A DNA stretch of 64,000 nucleotides from Eledone cirrhosa (Eukaryota), in NCBI GenBank assembly GCA_964016885.1, contig OZ024743.1, positions 25,420,001 through 25,484,000 on the forward strand, given 5' to 3'. Below, in pieces: positions 48,801 to 60,300 of this stretch (within the stretch, counting starts at the first letter, position 1; each line of letters begins with the position of its first letter). Below the pieces are notes generated by a model. The model did no database searches, was not told the DNA's origin, and worked only from the letters and a program-made list of their open reading frames with translations. The translations under genes and the position numbers were made by a program.

Positions 48801-51800
48801 GGAGGGTGAGAGAGGGAGGCTTGACAGTGGGAGTGCGGCTCCTCTGTGTTCGGAACTGGTGTAGTTAAGAGATGGGGAGGGTGAGAGAGATTGGGGCTTG
48901 ACAGTGGGAGTTCGGCTCCTCTGTGTTCGGACCTGGTGTACTTGAGAGATGGGGAGGGCGAGAGAGATGGAGGCTTGACAGTGGGAGTGCGGCTCCTCTG
49001 TGTTCGGACCTGGCGTAGTTAAGAGATGGGGAGGATGAGAGAGAGATTGGGGCTTGACAGTGGGAGTTTGGCTCCTCTGTGTTCAGACCTGGTGTACTTG
49101 AGAGAGGGGAGGGTGTGAGAGATGGGGACTTGACAGTGGGAGTTCTGGTTCCTCTGTGTTCGGACCTGGTGTACTTGAGAGATGGGGACTGTGAGAGAGA
49201 TGGAGGCTTGACAGTGGGAGTTCTGCTCCTCTGTGTTCGGACCTCGTGTAGTTAAGAGATGGGGAGGGTGAGAGAGATGGAGGCTTGACAGTGGGAGTTC
49301 GGCTCCTCTGTGTTCGGACCTGGCAGAATTAGGAGATGGAGAGGGTGAGAGAGATGGAGGATTGACAGTGGAAATTCGGCTGTTCTGTGTTCGGACCTGG
49401 TGTAGTTGAGTGATGGGGAGCGTGAGAGAGATAGAGGCATGAGAGTGGGAGTTCGGCTCCTCTGTGTTCGGACCTGGTGTAGTTAAGAGATGGGGAGGGT
49501 GAGAGAGATGGAGACTTGACAGTGGGAGTTCGGCTCCTCTGTGTTCGGACCTGGTGTAGTTAAGAGATGGGGAGGGTGAGAGAGATGGAGGTTTGACAGT
49601 GGGAGTTCGGCTCCTCTGTGTTCGGACCTGGTGTAGTTAAGAGATGGGGAGGGTGAGAGAGATGGAGGTTTGACAGTGGGAGTTCGGCTCCTCTGTGTTC
49701 GGACCTGGTGTAGTTAAGAGATGGGGAGGGTGAGAGAGACGGAGCCTTGACAGTGGGAGTTCGGCTCCTGTGTGTTCGGACCTGGTGTACTTGAGAGATT
49801 GGGAAGGCGAGAGAGATGGAGGCTTGACAGTGGGAGTTCGGCTCCTCTGTGTTTGGGCCTGGTGTAGTTAAGAGATGGTGAGGGTGAGAGAGATGGAGGC
49901 TTGACAGTGGGAGTTAGGCTCCTCTGTGTTTGGACCTGGTGTAGTTAAGAGATGGGGAGGGTGAGAGAGATGGAGGCTTGACAGTGGGAGTTCGGCTCCT
50001 CTGTGTTCGGACCTGGTCTACTTGAGAGATAGGGAAGGCGAGAGAGATGGTGGCTTGACAGTGGGAGTTCGGCTCCTCTGTGTTTGGGCCTGGTGTAGTT
50101 AAGAGATGGTGAGGGTGAGAGAGATGGAGGCTTGACAGTGGGAGTTAGGCTCCTCTGTGTTGGGACCTGGTGTACTTGAGAGATAGGGAAGGCGAGAGAG
50201 ATGGTGGCTTGACAGTGGGAGTTCGGCTCCTCTGTGTTCTGACCTGGTGTACTTGAGAGATGGGGAGGGTGAGAGAGGGAGGCTTGACAGTGGGAGTGCG
50301 GCTCCTCTGTGTTCGGACCTGGTGTAGTTAAGAGATGGGGAGGGTGAGAGAGATTGGGGCTTGACAGTGGGAGTTCGGCTCCTCTGTGTTCGGACCTGGT
50401 GTACTTGAGAGATGGGAAGGGCGAGAGAGATGGAGACTTGACAGTGGGAGTGCGGCTCCTCTGTGTTCGGACCTGGCGTAGTTAAGAGATGGGGAGGGTG
50501 AGAGAGATTGGGGCTTGACAGTGGGAGTTTGGCTCCTCTGTGTTCAGACCTGGTGTACTTGAGAGATGGGGAGGGTGAGAGAGATGGGGACTTGACAGTG
50601 GGAGTTCTGGTTCCTCTGTGTTCGGACCTGGTGTACTTGAGAGATGGGGACTGTGAGAGAGATGGAGGCTTGACAGTGGGAGTTCGGCTCCTCTGTGTTC
50701 GGACCTGGTGTAGTTAAGAGATGGCTAGGTTGAGAGAGATGGAGGCTTGACAGTGGGAGTTCGGCTCCTCTGTGTTCGGACCTGGTGTAGTTAAGAGATG
50801 GGGAGGGTGAGAGAGATGGAGGCTTGACAGTGGGAGTTCGGCACCTCTGTGTTCGGACCTGGTGTAGTTAAGAGATGGGGAGGGTGAGAGAGTTGGAGGC
50901 TTGACAGTGGGAGTTCGGCTCCTCTGTGTTCGGACCTGGTGTAGTTAAGAGATGGGGAGGGTGAGAAAGATGGAGGCTTGACAGTGGGTTTCGGCACCTC
51001 TGTGTTCGGACCTGGTGTAGTTAAGAGATGGGGAGGGTGAGAGAGATGGAGGTTTGACAGTGGCAGTTCGGCTCCTCTGTGTTCGGACCTGGTGTAGTTA
51101 AGAGATGGGGAGAGTGAGAGAGATGGAGGCTTGACAGTGGGAGTTAGGCTCCTCTGTGTTTGGACCTGCGGTACTTGAGAGATGGGGAGGGTGAGAGAGA
51201 TGGATGTTGGACAGTGGGGGTTCGGCTCCTCTCTGTTCGGACCTTGTGTAGTTAAGAGATGGGGAGGGTGAGAGAGATGGAGGTTTGACAGTGGCAGTTC
51301 GGCTCCTCTGTGTTCGGACCTGGTGTAGTTAATAGATGGGTAGGGGGGGGGGGGTGAGAGAGATGGAGGCTTGACAGTGGGAGTTAGGCTCCTCTGTGTT
51401 CGGACCTGGTGTAGCTGAGAGATAGGGAGGGTGAGAGAGTTGGAGACTTGACAGTGGGAGTTCGGCTCCTCTGTGTTCGGACATGGTGTAGTTAAGAGAT
51501 GGGGAGAGTGAAAGAGATGAACTTGACAGCAGGAGTCCGGCTCCTCTGTGTTCGGACCTGGTGTAGTTGAGAGATAGGGAGGGTGAGAGAGTTGGAGACT
51601 TGACAGTGGCAGTTCGGCTCCTCTGTGTTCGGACCTGGTGTAGTTAAGAGATGGGGAGAGTGAGAGAGATGGAGGCTTGACAGTGGCAGTTCGGCTCCTC
51701 TGTGTTCGGACCTGGTGCAGTTAAGAGATGGAGAGGGTGAGAGAGATGGAGACTTGACAGTGGGCGTTCGGCTCCTCTGTGTTCGGACCTGGTGCAGTTA

Positions 51801-54800
51801 AGAGATGGAGAGGGTGAGAGAGATGGAGACTTGACAGTGGGAGTTCGGCTCCTCTGCGTTCGGACCTGGCGTAGTTAAGAGATGGGGAGGGTGAGAGAGA
51901 TTGGGGCTTGACAGTGGGTGTTAGGCTCCTCTGTGTTCAGACCTGGTGTACTTGAGAGATGGGGACTGTGAGAGAGATGGAGGCTTGACAGTGGGAGTTC
52001 GGCTCCTCTGTGTTCGGACCTGGTGTAGTTAAGAGATGGGTAGGTTGAGAGAGATGGAAGCTTGACAGTGGGAGTTCGGCTCCTCTGTGTTCGGACCTGG
52101 TGTAGTTAAGAGATGGGGAGGGTGAGAGAGATGGAGGCTTGACAGTGGGATTTCGGCTCCTCTGTGTTCGGACCTGGTGTAGTTAAGAGATGGGGAGGGT
52201 GAGAGAGATGGAGGCTTGACAGTGGGAGTTCGGCACCTCTGTGTTCGGACCTGGTGTAGTTAAGAGATGGGGAGGGTGAGAGAGATGGAGGCTTGACAGT
52301 GGGAGTTCGGCTCCTCTGTGTTCGGACCTGGTGTAGTTAATAGATGGGTAGGGGGGGGGGGGGGTTAGAGAGCTGGAGGCTTGACAGTGGGAGTTAGGCT
52401 CCTCTGTGTTTGGACCTGCGGTACTTGAGAGATGGGGAGGGTGAGAGAGATGGATGTTGGACACTGGGAGTTCGGCTCCTCTGTGTTCGGACCTGGTGTA
52501 GTTAAGAGATGGGGAGGGTGAGAGGGACGGAGACTTGACAGTGGGAGTTCGGCTCCTGTGTGTTCGGACCTGGTGTACTTGAGAGATAGGGAAGGCGAGA
52601 GAGATGGTGGCTTGACAGTGGGAGTTCGGCTCCTCTGTGTTTGGACCTGGTGTAGTTAAGAGATGGGAAGGGTGAGAGAGATGGAGGCTTGACAGTGGGA
52701 GTTCGGCTCCTCTGTGTTCGGACCTGGTGTACTTGAGAGATAGGGAAGGCGAGAGAGATGGTGGCTTGACAGTGGGAGTTCGGCTCCTCTGTGTTTGGAC
52801 CTGGTGTAGTTAAGAGATGGTGAGGGTGAGAGAGATGGAGGCTTGACAGTGGGAGTTAGGCTCCTCTGTGTTGGGACCTGGTGTACTTGAGAGATAGGGA
52901 AGGCGAGAGAGATGGTGGCTTGACAGTGGGAGTTCGGCTCCTCTGTGTTCTGACCTGGTGTACTTGAGAGATGGGGAGGGTGAGTGAGGGAGGCTTGCCA
53001 GTGGGAGTTCGGCTCCTCTGTGTTTGGACCTGGTGTAGTTAAGAGATGGGGAGGGTGAGAGAGATTGGGGCTTGACAGTGGGAGTTCGGCTCCTCTGTGT
53101 TCGGACCTGGTGTACTTGAGAGAAGGGAAGGGCGAGAGAGATGGAGGCTTGACAGTGGGAGTGCGGCTCCTCTGTGTTCGGACCTGGCGTAGTTAAGAGA
53201 TGGGGAGGGTGAGAGAGATTGGGGCTTGACAGTGGGAGTTTGGCTCCTCTGTGTTCAGACCTGGTGTACTTGAGAGAGGGGAGGGTGAGAGAGATGGGGA
53301 CTTGACAGTGGGAGTTCTGGTTCCTCTGTGTTCGGACCTGGTGTACTTGAGAGATGGGGACTGTGAGAGAGATGGAGGCTTGACAGTGGGAGTTCTGCTC
53401 CTCTGTGTTCGGACCTCGTGTAGTTAAGAGATGGGGAGGGTGAGAGAGATGGAGGCTTGACAGTGGGAGTTCGGCTCCTCTGTGTTCGGACCTGGCAGAA
53501 TTAAGAGATGGAGAGGGTTAGAGAGATGGAGGGTTGACAGTGGAATTTCGGCTGCTCTGTGTTCGGACCTGGTGTAGTTGAGTGATGGGGAGCGTGAGAG
53601 AGATAGAGGCATGAGAGTGGGAGTTCGGCCCCTCTGTATTCGGACCTGGTGTAGTTAAGAGATGGGGAGGGTGAGAGATATGGAGACTTGACAGTGGGAG
53701 TTCGGCTCCTCTGTGTTCGGACCTGGTGTAGTTAAGAGATGGGGAGGGTGAGAGAGATGGAGGTTTGACAGTGGGAGTTCGGCTCCTCTGTGTTCGGACC
53801 TGGTGTAGTTAAGAGATGTGGAGGGTGAGAGAGATGGAGGCTTGACAGTGGGAGTTCGGCACCTCTGTGTTCAGACCTGATGTAGTTAAGAGATGGGGAG
53901 GGTGAGAGAGATGGATGTTGGACAGTGGGAGTTCGGCTCCTCTCTGTTCGGACCTTGTGTAGTTAAGAGATGGGGAGGGTGAGAGAGATGGAGGTTTGAC
54001 AGTGGCAGTTCGGCACCTCTGTGTTCGGACCTGGTGTAGTTAATAGATGGGTAGGGGGGGGGGGTGAGAGAGAAGGAGGCTTGACAGTGGGAGTTAGGCT
54101 CCTCTGTGTTCGGACCTGGTGTAGCTGAGAGATAGGGAGGGTGAGAGAGTTGGAGACTTGACATTGGGAGTTCGGCTCCTCTGTGTTCGGACATGGTGTA
54201 GTTAAGAGGTGGGGAGAGTGAAAGAGATGGAGGCTTGACAGCGGGAGTCCGGCTCCTCTGTGTTCGGACCTGGTGTAGTTAAGAGATGGAGAGGGTGAGA
54301 GAGATGGAGACTTGACAGTGGGCGTTCGGCTCCTCTGTGTTCGGACCTGGTGTAGTTAAGAGATGGAGAGGGTGAGAGAGATGGAGACTTGACAGTGGGA
54401 GTTCGGCTCCTCTGCGTTCGGACCTGGTGTAGTTGAGAGATAGGGAGGGTGAGAGAGTTGGAGACTTGACAGTGGGAGTTCGGCACCTCTGTGTTCGGAC
54501 CTGGTGTAGTTAAGAGATGGGGAGGGTGAGAGAGATGGAGGCTTGACAGTGGGCGTTCGGCTACTCTGTGTTCGGACCTGGTGTAGTTGAGAGATAGGGA
54601 GGGTGAGAGAGTTGGAGACTTGACAGTGGGAGTTCGGCTCCTCTGTGTTCGGACCTGGTGTAGTTAAGAGATGGGGAGGGTGAGAGAGATGGAGGCTTGA
54701 CAGTGGGAGTTCGGCACCTCTGTGTTAGGAGTTTGTGTAGTTAAGAGATGGGGAGGTTGAGGGAGATGGAGGCTTGACAGTGGGAGTTCGGCTCTTCTGT

Positions 54801-57399
54801 GTTCGGAACTGGTGTAGTTAAGAGATGAGAAGGGTGAGAGAGATGGAGGCATGACAGTGGGTGTTAGGCTCTTCTGTGTTTGCACCTGGTGTAGTTAAGA
54901 GATGAGGAGGGTGAGAGAGATGGAGGCTTGACAGTGGGAGTTCGGCTCTTCTGTGTTCGGAACTGGTGTAGTTAAGAGATGAGAAGGGTGAGAGAGATGG
55001 AGGCTTGACAGTGGGTGTTAGGCTCTTCTGTGTTTGGACCTGGTGTAGTTAAGAGATGGGGAGTGTGAGAGAGATGGAGGCTTGACAGTGGGAGTTCGGC
55101 TCCTCTGTGTTCGGACCTGGCGTAGTTAAGATATGGGGAGGGTGAGAGAGATGGGGACTTGACAGTGGGAGTTCTGGTTCCTCTGTGTTCGGACCTGGTG
55201 TACTTGAGAGATGGGGACTGTGAGAGAGATGGAGGCTTGACAGTGGGAGTTCGTCACCTCTGTGTTCGGACCTGGTGTAGTTAAGAGATGGGGAGGGTGA
55301 GAGAGATGGAGGCTTGACAGTGGGAGTTCGTCACCTCTGTGTTCGGACCTGGTGTAGTTAAGAGATGGAGAGGGTGAGATAGTTGGAGGCTTGACAGTGG
55401 GAGTTCGGCTCCTCTGTGTTCGGACCTGGTGTAGTTAAGAGATGGGTAGGGGGGGGTGAGAGAGATGGAGGCTTGACAGTGGGAGTTAGGCTCCTCTGTG
55501 TTGGGACCTGGTGTACTTGAGAGATAGGGAAGGCGAGAGAGATGGTGGCTTGACAGTGGGAGTTCGGCTCCTCTGTGTTTGGACCTGGTGTAGTTAAGAG
55601 ATGGGGAGGGTGAGAGAGATGGTGGCTTGACAGTGGGAGTTCGGCTCCTCTGTGTTCTGACCTGGTGTACTTGAGAGATGGGGAGGGTGAGAGAGATGGA
55701 GGCTTGACAGTGGGAGTGCGGCTCCTCTGTGTTCGGACCTGGTGTAGTTAAGAGATGGGGAGGGTGAGAGAGATTGGGGCTTGACATTGGGAGTTCGGCT
55801 CCTCTGTGTTCGGACCTGGTCTACTTGAGAGATGGGAAGGGCGAGAGAGATGGATTCTTGACAGTGGGAGTGCGGCTCCTCTGTGTTCGGACCTGGTGTA
55901 GTTAAGAGATGGGGAGGGTGAGAGAGATTGGGGCTTGACAGTGGGAGTTTGGCTCCTCTGTGTTCGGACCTGGTGTACTTGAGAGATGGGGAGGGTGAGA
56001 GAGATTGGGGCTTGACAGTGGGAGTTTGGCTCCTCTAATTTCGGACCTGGTGTACTTGAGAGATGGGGAGGGTGAGAGAGATGGAGGCTTGACAGTGGGA
56101 TTTCGGCTGCTCTGTGTTCGGACCTGGTGTAGTTAATAGATGGGTAGGGGGGGGGGGTGAGAAAGATGGAGGCTTGACAGTGGGAGTTCGGCCCCTCTGT
56201 GTTCGGACCTGGTGTAGTTAAGAGATAGGGAGGGTGAGAGAAATGGAGCCTTGACAGTGGGAGTTCGGCCCCTCTGTGTTCGGACCTGGCAGAATTAAGA
56301 GATGGAGAGGGTGAGAGAGATGGAGACTTGACAATGGGAGTTCGGCTCCTCTGTGTTCGGACCTGGTGTAGTTAAGAGATGGGGAGGGTGAGAGAGATGG
56401 AGGCTTGACAATGGGAGTTCGGCTCCTCTGTGTTCGGACCTGGTGTAGTTAGGAGATGGGGAGGGTGAGAGAGATGGAGGTTTGACAGTGGGAGTTCGTT
56501 TCCTCTGTGTTCGAACCTGGTGTAGTTAAGAGATGGGGAGGGTGGGAGAGGTGGAGGTTTGACAGTGGGAGTTCGTTTCCTCTGTGTTCGGACCTGGTGT
56601 AGTTAAGAGATGGGGAGGGTGAGAGAGATGGAGGTTTGACAGTGGGAGTTCGGCTCCTCTGTGTTCGGACCTGGTGTAGTTAAGAGATGGGGAGGGTGAG
56701 AGAGATGGAGACTTGACAGTGGGAATTCGGCTCCTCTGTGTTCGGACCTGGTGTAGTTAAGAGATGGGGAGGGTGAGAGAGATGGAGGTTTGACAGTGGG
56801 AGTTCGGTCCTCTGTGTTCGGACCTGGTGTAGTTAAGAGATGGGGAGGGTGAGAGAGACGGAGCCTTGACATTGGGAGTTCGGCTCCTCTGTGTTGGGAC
56901 CTGGTGTACTTGAGAGATAGGGAAGGCGAGAGATATGGTGGCTTGACAGTGGGAGTTCGGCTCCTCTGTGTTTGGACCTGGTGTAGTTAAGAGATGGGGA
57001 GGGTGAGAGAGATGGAGGCTTGACAGTGGGAGTTCGGCTCCTCTGTGTTCGGACCTGGTGTACTTGAGAGATAGGGACGGCGAGAGAGATGGTGGCTTGA
57101 CAGTGGGAGTTCGGCTTCTCTGTTTTTGGACCTGGTGTAGTTAAGAGATGGTGAGGGTGAGAGAGATGGAGGCTTGACAGTGGGAGTTAGGCTCCTCTGT
57201 GTTGGGACCTGGTGTACTTGAGAGATAGGGAAGGCGAGAGAGATGGTGGCTTGACAGTGGGAGTTCGGCTCCTCTGTGTTCTGACCTGGTGTACTTGAGA
57301 GATGGGGAGGGTGAGAGAGATGGAGGCTTGACAGTGGGAGTGCGGCTCCTCTGTGTTCGGACCTGGTGTAGTTAAGAGATGGGGAGGGTGAGAGAGATT

Positions 57400-60300
57400 G
57401 GGGCTTGAGAGTGGGAGTTCGGCTCCTCTGTGTTCGGACCTGGTGTACTTGAGAGATGGGAAGGGCGAGAGAGATGGAGGCTTGACACTGGGAGTGCGGC
57501 TCCTCTGTGTTCGGACCTGGTGTAGTTAAGAGATGGGGAGGGTGAGAGAGATTGGGGCTTGACAGTGGGAGTTTGGCTCCTCTGTGTTCGGACCTGGTGT
57601 ACTTGAGAGATGGGGAGGGTGAGAGAAATTGGGGCATGACAGTGGGAGTTTGGCTCCTCTAATTTAGGACCTGGTGTACTTGAGAGATGGGGAGGGTGAG
57701 AGAGATGGAGGCTTGACAGTGGGAGTTCGGCTCCTCTGAGTTCGGACCTGGTGTACTTGAGAGATGGGGAGGGTGAGAGAGATGGAGGTTTGACAGTGAG
57801 AGTTCGGCTTCTCTGTGTTTGGACCTGCGGTACTTGAGAGATGGGGAGGGTGAGAGAGATGGAGGCTTTACAGTGGGAGTTCGGCCCCTCTGTGTTCGGA
57901 CCTGGTGTAGTTAAGAGATAGGGAGGGTGAGAGAAATGGAGCCTTGACAGTGGGAGTTCGGCCCCTCTGTGTTCGGACCTGGTGTAGTTAAGAGATGGGG
58001 ATGGTGAGAGAGATGGAGGCTTGACAGTGGGAGTTCTGGTTCCTCTGTGTTCGGACCTGGTGTACTTGAGAGATGGGGATGGTGAGGGAGATGGAGGCTT
58101 GACAGTGGGAGTTCGGCTCCTCTGAGTTCGGACCTGGTGTACTTGAGAGATGGGGATTGTGAGAGAGATGGAGGCTTGACAGTGGGAGTTCGGCTCCTCT
58201 GTGTTCGGACCTGGCAGAATTAAGAGATGGAGAGGGTTAGAGAGATGGAGGCTTGACAGTGGAAATTCGGCTGCTCTGTGTTCGGACCTGGTGTAGTTGA
58301 GTGATGGGGAGCGTGAGAGAGATAGAGGCATGAGAGTGTGAGTTCGGCTCCTCTGTGTTCGGACCTGGTGTAGTTAAGAGATGGGGAGGGTGAGAGAGAT
58401 GGAGACTTGACAGTGGGAGTTCGGCTCCTCTGTGTTCGGACCTGGTGTAGTTAAGAGATGGGGAGGGTGAGAGAGATGGAGGTTTGACAGTGGGAGTTCG
58501 TTTCCTCTGTGTTCGAACCTGGTGTAGTTAAGAGATGGGGAGGGTGAGAGAGATGGAGACTTGACAGTGGGAATTCGGCTCCTCTGTGTTCGGACCTGGT
58601 GTAGTTAAGAGATGGGGAGGGTGAGAGAGATGGAGGTTTGACAGTGGCAGTTCGGCTCCTCTGTGTTCGGACCTGGTGTAGTTAAGAGATGGGGAGGGTG
58701 AGAGAGATGGAGGTTTGACAGTGGCAGTTCGGCTCCTCTGTGTTCGGACCTGGTGTAGTTAAGAGATGGGGAGGGTGAGAGAGATGGAGACTTGACAGTG
58801 GGAGTTCGGCTCCTCTGTGTTCGGACCTGGTGTAGTTAAGAGATGGGGAGGGTGAGAGAGACGGAGCCTTGACAGTGGGAGTTCGGCTCCTCTGTGTTGG
58901 GACCTGGTGTACTTGAGAGATAGGGAAGGCGAGAGATATGGTGGCTTGACAGTGGGAGTTCGGCTCCTCTGTGTTCGGACCTGGTGTACTTGAGAGATAG
59001 GGACGGCGAGAGAGATGGTGGCTTGACAGTGGGAGTTCGGCTCCTCTGTTTTTGGACCTGGTGTAGTTAAGAGATGGTGAGGGTGAGAGAGATGGAGGCT
59101 TGACAGTGGGAGTTAGGCTCCTCTGTGTTCTGACCTGGTGTACTTGAGAGATGGGGAGGGTGAGAGAGATGGAGGCTTGACAGTGGGAGTGCGGCTCCTC
59201 TGTGTTCGGACCTGGTGTAGTTAAGAGATGGGGAGGGTGAGAGAGATTGGGGCTTGACAGTGGGAGTTCGGCTCCTCTGTGTTGCGACCTGGTGTACTTG
59301 AGAGATGGGAAGGGCGAGAGAGATGGAGGCTTGACAGTGGGAGTGCGGCTCCTCTGTGTTCGGACCTGGCGTAGTTAAGAGATGGGGAGGGTGAGAGAGA
59401 TTGGGGCTTGACAGTGGGAGTTTGGCTCCTCTGTGTTCGGACCTGGTGTACTTGAGAGATGGGGAGGGTGAGAGAGATTGGGGCTTGACAGCGGGAGTTT
59501 GGCTCCTCTGTGTTCGGACCTGGTGTACTTGAGAGATGGGGAGAGTGAGAGAGATTGGGGCTTGACAGTGGGAGTTTGGCTCCTCTGTGTTCGGACCTGG
59601 TGTACTTGAGAGATGGGGAGGGTGAGAGAGATGGAGACTTGACAGTGGGAGTTCTGGTTCCTCTGTGTTCGGAACTGGTGTACTTGATAGATGGAGAGGG
59701 TGAGAGAGATGGAAACTTGACAGTGGAAATTCGGCTGCTCTGTGTTCGGACCTGGTGTACTTGAGAGATGGGGAGGGTGAGAGAGATGGAGGCTTGACAG
59801 TGGGAGTTCGGCTCCTCTGTGTTCGGACCTGGTGTAGTTAAGAGACGGGGAGGGTGAGAGAGATGGAGGCTTGACAGTGAGAGTTCGGCTTCTCTGTGTT
59901 TGGACCTGCGGTACTTGAGAGATGGGGAGGGTGAGAGAGATGGAGGCTTGACAGTGGGAGTTCGGCTCCTCTCTGTTCGGACCTTGTGTAGTTAAGAGAT
60001 GGGGAGGGTGAGAGAGATGGAGGCTTGACAGTGGGATTTCGGCTGCTCTGTGTTCGGACCTGGTGTAGTTAATAGATGGGTAGGGGGGGGGGGTGAGAGA
60101 GATGGAGGCTTGACAGTGGGAGTTCGGCCCCTCTGTGTTCGGACCTTGTGTAGTTAAGAGATGGGGAGGGTGAGAGAGATGGAGGCTTGACAGTGGGATT
60201 TCGGCTGCTCTGTGTTCGGACCTGGTGTAGTTAATAGATGGGTAGGGGGGGGGGGGGGGGTGAGAAAGATGGAGGCTTGACAGTGGGAGTTCGGCCCCTC

